Part shown: positions 28,415 through 37,938 of the stretch, in pieces
Layout of the letters: each line of letters starts with the position of its first letter
Numbering within the stretch: the first letter of the stretch is position 1
DNA from: an uncultured Muribaculaceae bacterium
Lineage (GTDB): Bacteria > Bacillota_I > Bacilli_A > RF39 > UBA660
Length of the DNA stretch: 64,000 bases
NCBI GenBank assembly: GCA_964549115.1
Contig: CAZJTX010000001.1
Span: forward strand, 56,494-120,493
Direction: 5' to 3'
Made by a program: the position numbers and the translations under genes
The notes under the pieces: generated by a model
Database searches by the model: none
The model's input: only the letters and a program-made list of their open reading frames with translations
What the model was told of the DNA's origin: nothing

Positions 28415-30434
28415 TTTCTCCTTCTTTTAACTTCTTATATATATTTTCATAAATAATATTACCTTTATAATCATTAATTATACTTACTGGTGTATTATCT
28501 TTTACTTTTCTTGTCATAAACAAGTAATCTGCCAAATATATTCTTGTTTTATCTTTTACAGCTAATTTAGCATTAGTATCTAATATTAAAGCAAACTTGT
28601 AACCTAATTGTTTTAATTCTTTAATAATTTTATGATTAGCATTTAAGTCCTCATATGTAATACATGAAATAACATTATCCTTTGCATATTCATTATCAAA
28701 TAAACCAAACAATCTTTGTGTTTTCTTTACCTTTGGATATAAACTACCTGGAACATCTATATAATATTTTTTATCATGTTTATTATTAACTATATCATTT
28801 ACTAGTTGTTTTAATAATAATGTGATTAATATTTCTAGTTTGTCCTCCGCTACTACTCCTTCATTATATGTTTTATCAATTATGTAATCACTAAACACTT
28901 TGCTAAACGTAATATTGTGAGCTAATTTAACAACTTTCATATACTTTCTTGTTCTTACTTTAAAGAAGTCTAACTCAAATGTTGGAGCTCCCTCTTCCTC
29001 AAAGTAATATACATATAAATCTTTATATTTGTTTTGAACTTTAAGTATTTTCTCCGCCATATGTGGATGTTTTTCTTCTTCCCATTCTTTAAAGTTTTTA
29101 GCTAATGTCTTTTTAATAAATTCTTGCTTAACTTTATCTTCTTTTACAGTTTTATTAGCATGCTCTAAATGAGACACAACATTATAGTACTCAGAATATT
29201 TTTTAATAATGGTTTTTTCTTTATCGTCTTTTGTTTCTTTTAATAAGTCTTTCTCAAGTCTTTTTACTACTTTTAACATTTTATCTGTTATATTTTTCTC
29301 TACCGGTTTAATTGGTACACCTTTATAGAAATTATAATAATAACCTTTAACATAATGTTCACTATAATCTTTTTTAAACTTAGAATTAATTACATACTTT
29401 AGATCATCTTGGTTTAACAAGTCTACTATTTCAATAATTTCTTCTTGTTTTAAAGTTAGTAATAACTCCAGTACATTATCAGCCTTAGTTTCTTTCTTAG
29501 GCATTACTAATGGTTCTCTTGGTTTTTCTTTTTCTACTTCTTCTTTTGGCTCTTCTTTTACCACTGGTACTGGCTTTTGTTCTTTCATTTCTGTATTTGC
29601 AATTTCTAATAAGGTCTCATCTATCTCAGATTCATCAACCGATATCATCCTAAACAATACCGTTTCCGATTCTTCATCACTTATTGTATCCTCTTCAGTC
29701 GATTTCTCCTCGATTACTTCTTCTTTTGGTTCTTCTTTTACCTCTTCCTCTTCCATATCATCAATTAATACAGTCTTAAAAGTAACGGTTTTTTCTAAGT
29801 CTTCATTTATTTTATCTATATCTTCATCTTTAACTGTTATAACTTCAGTTAATTCTTTTTTAAGTTTTGGTTTTTTCTTTTCTTTTATCGGTCTTTCTTC
29901 TTTTGGGACAGGTTTATAAGTTTTTAATATATAATTAAAAATAACCACGGTTAACAATGCCGAAAACAATACCATTTTATTTAATATAACTTTTCTAAAT
30001 ATTCCAACATTAGGTATAATCTTTACTACTTTACCTACTATTTGTTTTGAAGATACAGGTTCATCTTTAACTTTATTAGCATCTCCCTTAGTTATATATT
30101 TATCTTGATATATACCTACTACTCTATGTGTAATAAACTCTTGATTAGATTCAAAAGTTATAACATCATTTAATTTAACATCTTTTGTTAACTTAACAAT
30201 AACCCAGTCTTGAGGCATGATGTGTTTAGCCATACTCCCAGTTTCTACTTCAAACAAAGAATATCCAAAAAATGTCGCATGTTTGGAATCAGTAAACTTT
30301 GTTTTTAAGTTTATAAATATAACAAGTACTAGTGTTAAACTAAATAAAAAAATTAGTATATTTAAAAATATATTCGCTATTTTTTTAAATACTTTATTAT
30401 TGTCAATTACCCCGTTTTTTATCTTCTCTATCAT
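28407..30434 (-). CDS. SipW-like S26B signal peptidase domain fused to a ~500 aa cytoplasmic KE-rich, possible degenerate EAL-like extension
   Basis: N-terminus has a TM helix, ETGSMAK, NDVITFESNQEFITHRVV, TKGDANKVKDEPVS and a second TM helix, aligning closely with SipW. The C-terminal region contains LKQLGYKFALILDTNAK and YLADYLF, which resemble EAL DDFG/KID blocks with the catalytic residues replaced. Confidence 0.55.
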   Translation of the reverse strand: MIEKIKNGVIDNNKVFKKIANIFLNILIFLFSLTLVLVIFINLKTKFTDSKHATFFGYSLFEVETGSMAKHIMPQDWVIVKLTKDVKLNDVITFESNQEFITHRVVGIYQDKYITKGDANKVKDEPVSSKQIVGKVVKIIPNVGIFRKVILNKMVLFSALLTVVIFNYILKTYKPVPKEERPIKEKKKPKLKKELTEVITVKDEDIDKINEDLEKTVTFKTVLIDDMEEEEVKEEPKEEVIEEKSTEEDTISDEESETVLFRMISVDESEIDETLLEIANTEMKEQKPVPVVKEEPKEEVEKEKPREPLVMPKKETKADNVLELLLTLKQEEIIEIVDLLNQDDLKYVINSKFKKDYSEHYVKGYYYNFYKGVPIKPVEKNITDKMLKVVKRLEKDLLKETKDDKEKTIIKKYSEYYNVVSHLEHANKTVKEDKVKQEFIKKTLAKNFKEWEEEKHPHMAEKILKVQNKYKDLYVYYFEEEGAPTFELDFFKVRTRKYMKVVKLAHNITFSKVFSDYIIDKTYNEGVVAEDKLEILITLLLKQLVNDIVNNKHDKKYYIDVPGSLYPKVKKTQRLFGLFDNEYAKDNVISCITYEDLNANHKIIKELKQLGYKFALILDTNAKLAVKDKTRIYLADYLFMTRKVKDNTPVSIINDYKGNIIYENIYKKLKEGESD

Positions 30435-30490
30435 ATATAAATATTATCATATTAAAACTGTTTTTACAACGATTATACTGTTATGAAAAT

Positions 30491-30520
30491 AAAAAGAACA
30501 TCTTTTTTTTGATGTTCTTA
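30491..30520 (-). terminator. rho-independent terminator
   Basis: AAGAACATC-T8-GATGTTCTT. On the minus strand it is followed by a T-rich tract. Separates the 30518 gene from the 28407 gene. Confidence 0.55.
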
Positions 30521-31045
30521 AGCGTAATTTTCTTTTCCGTATCTTATTTCTACAACTAAAGCATATATTTGATATATAAATATTAGGAAACATGGTATGA
30601 GAATGACAAACAAGAATCCCATTGTAGACCCTACCACTGAGAGGAATGTACCCATAAACTCATAAGACTTCGTTGGTTGTCCTATTATAAATTCATCTTT
30701 AAATATACGTCCATTTTCAAACACTATTCGTTTATTGTCGCTATCTACTACCCCTAGTTTACCAAATTCAATATGAACGATCTTTCCCTCTACAACATAA
30801 ACAAACATTTCTTTGCCTATTTTATAATCTTGTAATTTTTTACTCTCCGTTAAAACTAAAGACCCTTTTTTAAACTTTTCTGAAGAATTTTGAGTATTAA
30901 TTAATACTAATGACGTATCCCCAAATTGAGTTACACCATATTTATTTCTATAAATTAATACTAAAGCCATCGCCGTAGCAAATATAAAAAATGCTAAGAC
31001 TAATAAACCTACAAAAAACGTTTTTACTTTCTTTAATATCTTCAT
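30518..31045 (-). CDS. SipW-like paralog with degenerate serine box (probable pseudo-peptidase)
   Basis: 175 aa. Same TM/ectodomain/TM architecture and a conserved His region (KIVHIEFG), but the SGSMxP box is replaced by INTQNSSEK. Confidence 0.4.
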   Translation of the reverse strand: MKILKKVKTFFVGLLVLAFFIFATAMALVLIYRNKYGVTQFGDTSLVLINTQNSSEKFKKGSLVLTESKKLQDYKIGKEMFVYVVEGKIVHIEFGKLGVVDSDNKRIVFENGRIFKDEFIIGQPTKSYEFMGTFLSVVGSTMGFLFVILIPCFLIFIYQIYALVVEIRYGKENYA

Positions 31046-31103
31046 AATTCACCTATCCTTAATATACCACATTATTTATTAACTAACAATTATATTGACA
31101 TCT

Positions 31104-32000
31104 TCATGGACACATTTTTAACTCAATAATTGTAAAGTCTTCTACTTTAATAATATTATTTATGTCTAAATTAATAAATTTGTACAATTTAGACGATTTT
31201 TTATTTATTTTAAAATGTACTTCGTTAATAAAACCAGTTGGATCTTCTTCGTAATCTAAAAAGTTATCTAAATCTTCGTCTATCTTTATAGTGTTTTTAT
31301 CCCAATCCAAGCTGTAGCATTTATCTTCATTAAATGTATTTATTATATACACTTCATCAAAGTCAGTTTTATGATTTATATCAATTATTAAGTCTTCTAG
31401 TTCTTGATCAACCCTCATTAAATAAAACGTTCCTTTTAATACTTTTTTATATGGACTAGTAGACTCCACTTTTATTAAAACTTCAACCTGATCTAATTGA
31501 TAGTTTTCATTTGTTGATTTAACATTAAAATAAATTTCATCTTCCACTTTTTCTTTATGCCATTCATATCCTTCTTGATTACATCTATCAACATTATGAG
31601 ACGACACATCTACCTCATCAATATTATTCACACAGTAATCGTTTTTATCTAAAGATAAAGTTAATTCATCCGCATCTGTGCCATTAATACTACAAGTCGC
31701 ATGACTAGACGCTTCCCCTAATACTTCACAAGTTACATTATAAGAAATATCTAAGTCTGTTATATCGCTACCTTCAAAGTTTTTAATATTAAAGTAAATA
31801 TCCTCACCTTGCCAGTAATTAAAATGATTGTCGATTCCCTTTTTTGTTAAATAATCACTTTCAAAATGAAATTCATTTGATACTACATAATGAGTCCACA
31901 TTTTGTTATATACATATCTACTAAAAGTAAATGATATATACATTGATGATATTGCTAGTAGTATCAATAGAACGAATAATGGTTTTGATTTTAATTTCAT
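31104..32000 (-). CDS. secreted protein with SipW-cognate-like signal (FTFSRYVYN)
   Basis: 298 aa. N-terminal anchor followed by an acidic, Cys-containing beta-rich domain. Confidence 0.4.
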   Translation of the reverse strand: MKLKSKPLFVLLILLAISSMYISFTFSRYVYNKMWTHYVVSNEFHFESDYLTKKGIDNHFNYWQGEDIYFNIKNFEGSDITDLDISYNVTCEVLGEASSHATCSINGTDADELTLSLDKNDYCVNNIDEVDVSSHNVDRCNQEGYEWHKEKVEDEIYFNVKSTNENYQLDQVEVLIKVESTSPYKKVLKGTFYLMRVDQELEDLIIDINHKTDFDEVYIINTFNEDKCYSLDWDKNTIKIDEDLDNFLDYEEDPTGFINEVHFKINKKSSKLYKFINLDINNIIKVEDFTIIELKMCP

Positions 32001-32002
32001 AT

Positions 32003-32557
32003 TTAATCTTCCTTCTTTTGCCAGCTATTTATATTTAATTGAATAAAATCTGCTAAATCTTGATATTGTAAATCATTATACTCTTCTGGAAATATTATTT
32101 TAAGTTTATATACGTCTTCCTTAGCTAATTTATATTGTAGTAACATATTATCTGTTTCGCATACTAACTCATTTTTGTCATTACGATCAAAATCATCTTC
32201 ATTACAATCCATTACTAAAGTCTCAGTTTCATCTTCAACATTATATAACAGGATTTCTAGTGGAATGAAATGATATGTTTTTATAGTAATTTTATACTCA
32301 ACATCAATATCACTCAATTTGCTATCTTCATTATTTTTAACATTAAATATATATTCTTTTTCCATACCTGGTGAAATATTATTAACCGGCAATTCAAAAT
32401 CCTCCACTGTGCTTGCTTCAAATACAAACTTAGCAAAGCTAGGATTATCTGACTCCATTACAATTCCACTTTTAAAATATGAGTATGTTGCTCCGGCTCC
32501 TATACTTAAAAGGTTTAAAAATACTATCATAAATATTATTTTATATTTTCTTTTCAT
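32003..32557 (-). CDS. TasA/camelysin-like small secreted protein
   Basis: 184 aa. Signal ending GAGATYSYFKSG (the GTyAyFsD consensus). YIFNVKNNEDSKLSDIDVEY matches the TasA FQFENNGSL block. Confidence 0.6.
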   Translation of the reverse strand: MKRKYKIIFMIVFLNLLSIGAGATYSYFKSGIVMESDNPSFAKFVFEASTVEDFELPVNNISPGMEKEYIFNVKNNEDSKLSDIDVEYKITIKTYHFIPLEILLYNVEDETETLVMDCNEDDFDRNDKNELVCETDNMLLQYKLAKEDVYKLKIIFPEEYNDLQYQDLADFIQLNINSWQKKED

Positions 32558-32560
32558 ACA

Positions 32561-35500
32561 TCACCTTACTATGAATACCTTTTCTATAGTATTTATTTTT
32601 GTATTATCGTTATAAAACTCAAACCTTAATTTATATGAATTATAATCTAAGTTAGATGTATTAAACTCTAGATCTAATTGGTTAAATAAATGAAATGGCG
32701 ATTCATATAATACTGGGTTTTTAAATGCATAATATACATTATTAGCAATTAATTCTAAATTGTTTGATACATAATTGTTTATATTTATTAAGGTGTACTC
32801 TTGGTTATACGCCGATAACTCTTTTTTCTCATATAACGACACTCTTATATTAGGATTAACAACTGATGTATTTAATGATATTTTATAATTTATAGTATCT
32901 TGTAATAATTCTTTTGTTATCAAGTTTTTATCACCACTTACACTATAAATATAAGTATTAACTATTTCATTATTTAATACTCTTACTGGTATTAATATAT
33001 CTTCTTTTATATATTTGTCTCCGAACAAACCATCATTTGATGCAAATAATGTTAATTTTAAATTATATAAACCTTCACTTAAGTTATTATTATCAGCCAA
33101 TGTTATTATTTCTAAGTCATTAATAGAATTAACAACATTATTATTTAATCTAATTCTAAACATTCCATTTTTATCCGGATAATAAGTTTTCCCATCTACT
33201 TTTATTTGCATATTTTTTAAATATTTAACATCTACAATGTTGTTGTTTTTTACAAACGATACTTCCATTCCTAACTTTTTATTAAATAATCTTGTATCAT
33301 ACACTTCCATTAAATTTAACAATTTATAATCTATCTTAGTATCTAATTCTATATTAGTAATAGAGTTACTATTATAAATTATTTCTTCTTCAAAATCAGT
33401 AGTAATAGTTATTTCTTCTCTATAATCATTAGAGGTTATTATATTGTATAATTTAACGTCTTTATTTAGGGTATATCTCATTATATCGTCATTTGTATCG
33501 TACACTCTTAAACGAGCTCTAAAGTCTTCTATATCGTCGTTTATAGTGGCGTTATTAAAATGTAACGTAATAGTAAAATCTTCATTTACTTCATTATTTT
33601 TATAATAGTTATCTTCTTCATAATAATCTTTAGTTGATCCAACTTCTTTAAAGTCTTCAAATGAGTATACTGCTTCTTTTTCACATTCTAAATCTAAAAT
33701 ATCACAACTATTATTATATCCATATAAATCATCACTAGTTGATACTTTATAGTAATATTTTTTATTATTAATATTGTCCTCTAATTTTATATAAGTTCCT
33801 ACTGGTAATAAATAATTAGTGACTAGCACATGTTTTTCTACCTCGTGATATAAATAATCACTAAAGTATGTAAATTCTAATTTTATTTCTGATTTATTGC
33901 TAATATTAGAAATATTATAAACATTATTTAAATTATATCCTTCATATAAAATATAGTCAGTATTTAAGTATAAGTTTTTACCATCTATATCGGTTATTTT
34001 TACATATACTATGTGTTTACCTTCTTCTTCTATATTTATTCCATCGACATACTCATCCCAGCTGCTTACACTCATTGACGCTAATGCTTTAATTGTCTTT
34101 TTAGATTCAGTAACGTGATAATAAGCGCTTACAATGTCGCTTCCAAGCTCTAAGTCAATTGTTTCATTTTTATGTATATATATAGTTTTAGGACTATTAT
34201 TATAATCTCCCCATACATAATTATTTAATTTTAAGTTTGTTCCTTCATTAGATTGATCTAATACCAAAAAGTCAGTGTTAGAGTAATATTCATTGTCGTT
34301 ATAGTCTATAGTTTTAACATATATTACATATGTACCTTCTTCTTCTATTTTAACAATATCATTATACTCAGTCCATGTATCTATACTTTTTATATCCTCT
34401 AAAAACAACGCTTCTTCAGTATCAGAAATATAATAATATATTTTCTTAGAAGGGTTTAGAGCATCTAAATCCTCTATGTTAAAAGTAATATTAGATGAGA
34501 AGTTATAATAATCTAACTCCATACTATAATTAGTCCAAGTATAAATACTTGAGTTTATACTAACTAAAGAATCTTTTAAATCATCTATAAATAGTATTGG
34601 CAATATACCTTCATCGTATACCCATACATTTTCATCGTTTGTTTCTATGTCATTAAAATTAATAAATTCATCATATAATAAATCATCTTTAATATCTTCA
34701 TCAATTAATATGTCTTCTAACAAAGCATAGTTGAACTCACCGATTAATAATCCGTTATTAACATGATCTTCTTCTTTTGTAGTATAAGAATTTGACACTA
34801 CTACATCTGTGTCTATTATATTGTTAATTAAATGGTCTTCTGAATTACTAATTACATGATATAAATTAATTTCATCTGAGTTATAAACATTACCAATCAA
34901 ACTAGATTTTAGAGATGAATTCAATACTCCATCATTATAAGATTTATATATATTTGATTCTAATGATTCATCTATAGTGTTTATTAATCCTGCTGTATTG
35001 TGATTAGAATGTATAAAACCTTTGTTATAACTTCTTTTTATATCAAAAGAGCCTCTTACAAGAGATATTAATCCACTTGAGTTATAATCTCCGATTATTC
35101 TTCCCTTGTTTATAACGTTTTCTAACACTACATTATTAGCATAACCAACAATACCGCCTGTATGGGTATTTTTATATATTATTTCATATCTTAAATTAGA
35201 TAATTTTAACTCTCCTTCTAATAAAGAAGGCTCTATTTCTAAATTTAGAGATTCATATAAATTTTGGTTAAAGTTTAATTCAAAGTTTTTAGTTAACACA
35301 GATTCATTATTAATTTTCAAATCAACTGATTGACTAGTATTAATTAAATCCATAGTTCCATAAAGGGTTGTTTTTACTATGTCTCCATCTTTTAATAATA
35401 AGTCATTATCTATTAATATTTCATCTGTTATAAATAAATTATTTAAAGAAGTTGTATAGTCTTCCAAATCTATACTTTCAATTATTTCATCTGATTCATT

Positions 35501-36187
35501 TCCTAATACTATTCCATCGAATAATATGTTTTTTAAATTAGATGATGATGAACTAGACGCAATACCTCCGGTTATATAACCACCATTAATAATAGTATTT
35601 TCAACATATAGGTTTTCTATATTTCCTTCTAAGTTTGTAAAAAGACCTACCTCATCTTCTTCACTTGCTATAAAAAGACCATATATTCTAAAATAACTGC
35701 CATCTAAATTACCTTTAAAATTATTTAGTGTATTAAAGTTATTTAAAAGTCCTACAACATCTTCTTTTAATAAATCATCGTAATATTCATTTGTATTATT
35801 TTTAATATAATATTTATTATCGTTTAATATATAAATTAAACCATCTTCTTCATCGTATCCAAATATACCATGATTTAAAACTATATTGTTACTAATTTTA
35901 AAATACTCATCTTCGTAGTTTGTATTATTTAATTCCTCAGCAAAGAAAGCTAATTCACTACCATTAGATATAATGTATGGATCAGTTATTGAACCATCAC
36001 CTTTTTTATACTTAGTCGCCACTGTTCCATCCCAAACTGAAGTAGTTACTATACTAGCTCTATTTTTAAATCTTGCCGCAGTTGGAATAACTATAAATAT
36101 AGTAAGCATTAAAAGAAGTACACTGGATAGTGTAATTATTAAAGTTTTATTGTTTTTTATTAAATCTTTAAACCTCTTTTTATACAT
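32561..36187 (-). CDS. giant surface adhesin-like protein with GLUG repeats and SipW-cognate-type signal
   Basis: 1208 aa. N-terminal TM helix ending IPTAARFKNRAS. HTGGIVGYANNVV…SSGLISLVRG…TAGLINTI are GLUG-type repeats. Extremely N/Y/D-rich. Lowest GC in the window. Confidence 0.55.
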   Translation of the reverse strand: MYKKRFKDLIKNNKTLIITLSSVLLLMLTIFIVIPTAARFKNRASIVTTSVWDGTVATKYKKGDGSITDPYIISNGSELAFFAEELNNTNYEDEYFKISNNIVLNHGIFGYDEEDGLIYILNDNKYYIKNNTNEYYDDLLKEDVVGLLNNFNTLNNFKGNLDGSYFRIYGLFIASEEDEVGLFTNLEGNIENLYVENTIINGGYITGGIASSSSSSNLKNILFDGIVLGNESDEIIESIDLEDYTTSLNNLFITDEILIDNDLLLKDGDIVKTTLYGTMDLINTSQSVDLKINNESVLTKNFELNFNQNLYESLNLEIEPSLLEGELKLSNLRYEIIYKNTHTGGIVGYANNVVLENVINKGRIIGDYNSSGLISLVRGSFDIKRSYNKGFIHSNHNTAGLINTIDESLESNIYKSYNDGVLNSSLKSSLIGNVYNSDEINLYHVISNSEDHLINNIIDTDVVVSNSYTTKEEDHVNNGLLIGEFNYALLEDILIDEDIKDDLLYDEFINFNDIETNDENVWVYDEGILPILFIDDLKDSLVSINSSIYTWTNYSMELDYYNFSSNITFNIEDLDALNPSKKIYYYISDTEEALFLEDIKSIDTWTEYNDIVKIEEEGTYVIYVKTIDYNDNEYYSNTDFLVLDQSNEGTNLKLNNYVWGDYNNSPKTIYIHKNETIDLELGSDIVSAYYHVTESKKTIKALASMSVSSWDEYVDGINIEEEGKHIVYVKITDIDGKNLYLNTDYILYEGYNLNNVYNISNISNKSEIKLEFTYFSDYLYHEVEKHVLVTNYLLPVGTYIKLEDNINNKKYYYKVSTSDDLYGYNNSCDILDLECEKEAVYSFEDFKEVGSTKDYYEEDNYYKNNEVNEDFTITLHFNNATINDDIEDFRARLRVYDTNDDIMRYTLNKDVKLYNIITSNDYREEITITTDFEEEIIYNSNSITNIELDTKIDYKLLNLMEVYDTRLFNKKLGMEVSFVKNNNIVDVKYLKNMQIKVDGKTYYPDKNGMFRIRLNNNVVNSINDLEIITLADNNNLSEGLYNLKLTLFASNDGLFGDKYIKEDILIPVRVLNNEIVNTYIYSVSGDKNLITKELLQDTINYKISLNTSVVNPNIRVSLYEKKELSAYNQEYTLININNYVSNNLELIANNVYYAFKNPVLYESPFHLFNQLDLEFNTSNLDYNSYKLRFEFYNDNTKINTIEKVFIVR

Positions 36188-36264
36188 ATAATTATCCTAC
36201 TCGCTTACTATTATATCTATATATATAATAGCATATAATACATTTTAATAAAACTACTATCGCA

Positions 36265-36288
36265 TAAAAAAAGAGTGAATAATCACTC
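36265..36288 (-). terminator. rho-independent terminator after paralog A
   Basis: On the minus strand: GAGTGA-TTAT-TCACTC followed by T8. Confidence 0.6.
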
Positions 36289-36326
36289 AATTTTTATTAT
36301 TTATTTTATTAAGGATCTAAAAGTTA

Positions 36327-37844
36327 TTAACTAACAATTACTTTTAATAATCTATGACCCCAGTTTTCAGCTGCATCTTCAACAGAATATAGTACGTAGT
36401 ATGTTCCTGCTTTCGCTAAGTTTACTGTTCCTGCTTTTGTTACGTCAGCATCTGTTAGATTTGTATCCACATTATCAGTTACTTCAGCTTCTGGTAACAG
36501 ATCTTCTAAGTCTCCTTCTGTACCTAACGCTATTTCAATTTCATCATTTTCTAAATATGAGCCATCTCCAGCTAAGAATTTAATTTCTGGTGCTGTTGTA
36601 TCTGATGCTCCAGGTCCTGCTCCTTGGTTAAGTGCTGGTCCTTCATAGCCTGAATCTCCAGGATATAGTTGTTGTTTTGAGAATCCAAATTTAACTGAAA
36701 TTTTTCTTCCAATTGCTGCAAAGTCATAGTTATCTATGTCTTGTCCTTCTAGGTATATGTATACTCTTACTTTAGTAATACTTGCTGGTTCAAGTCTCAT
36801 GAATTCTGGTCTTAATCTACCTCTCATTAATTTCATTGTATCTGTGAAATATTCAAATTCTTCTACGAACTCGCTATTAGCTTCGTATGTATTAAATGCT
36901 TTACCATCATAAATGTTAACGTTATCACCTGATCCAATTACTTTTTGCGCTACATATGTTGGATAACCAATACCATCTATCACTTCTTCACATTCGCCAG
37001 AATATGAATCTGTTTTAGTAACATCCGCACCTGTTCTTGCCGCACAGTTGGTTGCATAATAACTTATTGCATGAGTCTCATGATTTCTATCATTTGGTTC
37101 CCAAATTTGTGCATCTCTACAAATTCCAGTTACGTTATCATCACCCGTACAAGTAATTCCCGTTACAACTTCTGCATCTAATTCTTCTAATGCTGAAACT
37201 CTTCCGATTTGAGCAAATGCTACACGTACTGAGTTTTCAATTCCTGAACCTGCTACGCCGCCGTCTCCTGCATCTGGTGCCGATTCTTCAGTTACAGTTA
37301 CCGATGAATCAGGAGCTAGATAAATTGCTTCTTCGCCTAAAATATCTAGAGCTTTTAGATATTGATTACCTGAGCTATTTTTAACAAATAAATCAAATAC
37401 AACATATCCATCTGCTTCTTTATCACCTTTATTTTGAACTTCACTAACCATTAGTCTTAGTCCACCCGGTGTTCCTTCCGGTACAGCGGTTAAACTGGCT
37501 TTTTCATATAGAACTAGTCTAGATGAGGTTTGATCAATTTTACCTGCCGTTGACATTGGTATTAAACCACGTCCAGCCCAATTATTAGTATTACCTTCAT
37601 AGACAGTATCGGTGTCGTTAAAGGTTTCCTTACTAATTGCTACTGTTGTGTCAAAATTCTCGCCGTCAAACGATAATAACAAGCCATCAGCTGCTGCTAT
37701 TTCAATATCGAACGATGTTACGTTGACTGTTTGCATTCCTATAAACCATGCAAATGTTGCTACCAATAATACGATTGCACTAAGTGCACTAATACCTATT
37801 AGGTTTCTAACCCTTTTAGAGTGTTGAGGGTTTTCTTTTTTCAT
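36327..37844 (-). CDS. paralog A of the FAWFIGMQ/WLEGQD surface-protein family with C-terminal DUF5011 Ig-like domain
   Basis: 505 aa. Anchor …LLVATFAWFIGMQ. Shared motifs IPMSTAGKID, GYVVFDLFVKN, SVRVAFAQIGRV, GICRDAQIWEPND, KVRVYIYLEGQDIDNYD and SVKFGFSKQ. C-terminal Ig-like block TAPEIKF…GTYYVLYSVEDAAEN. Confidence 0.6.
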   Translation of the reverse strand: MKKENPQHSKRVRNLIGISALSAIVLLVATFAWFIGMQTVNVTSFDIEIAAADGLLLSFDGENFDTTVAISKETFNDTDTVYEGNTNNWAGRGLIPMSTAGKIDQTSSRLVLYEKASLTAVPEGTPGGLRLMVSEVQNKGDKEADGYVVFDLFVKNSSGNQYLKALDILGEEAIYLAPDSSVTVTEESAPDAGDGGVAGSGIENSVRVAFAQIGRVSALEELDAEVVTGITCTGDDNVTGICRDAQIWEPNDRNHETHAISYYATNCAARTGADVTKTDSYSGECEEVIDGIGYPTYVAQKVIGSGDNVNIYDGKAFNTYEANSEFVEEFEYFTDTMKLMRGRLRPEFMRLEPASITKVRVYIYLEGQDIDNYDFAAIGRKISVKFGFSKQQLYPGDSGYEGPALNQGAGPGASDTTAPEIKFLAGDGSYLENDEIEIALGTEGDLEDLLPEAEVTDNVDTNLTDADVTKAGTVNLAKAGTYYVLYSVEDAAENWGHRLLKVIVS

Positions 37845-37897
37845 ACTTTTTTCTCCTTCTTTCCTTTATTTTGAATAGTCTCTCTACTATTATATTA

Positions 37898-37925
37898 ATT
37901 TTATCATATCATTTGATTTTGTCAA
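37898..37925 (-). promoter_or_regulatory. sigma-A-type promoter of paralog A
   Basis: On the minus strand: TTGACA, a 16 nt spacer, then TAAAAT. The same architecture recurs upstream of paralog B. Confidence 0.35.
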
Positions 37926-37938
37926 TATTATTTGACGT

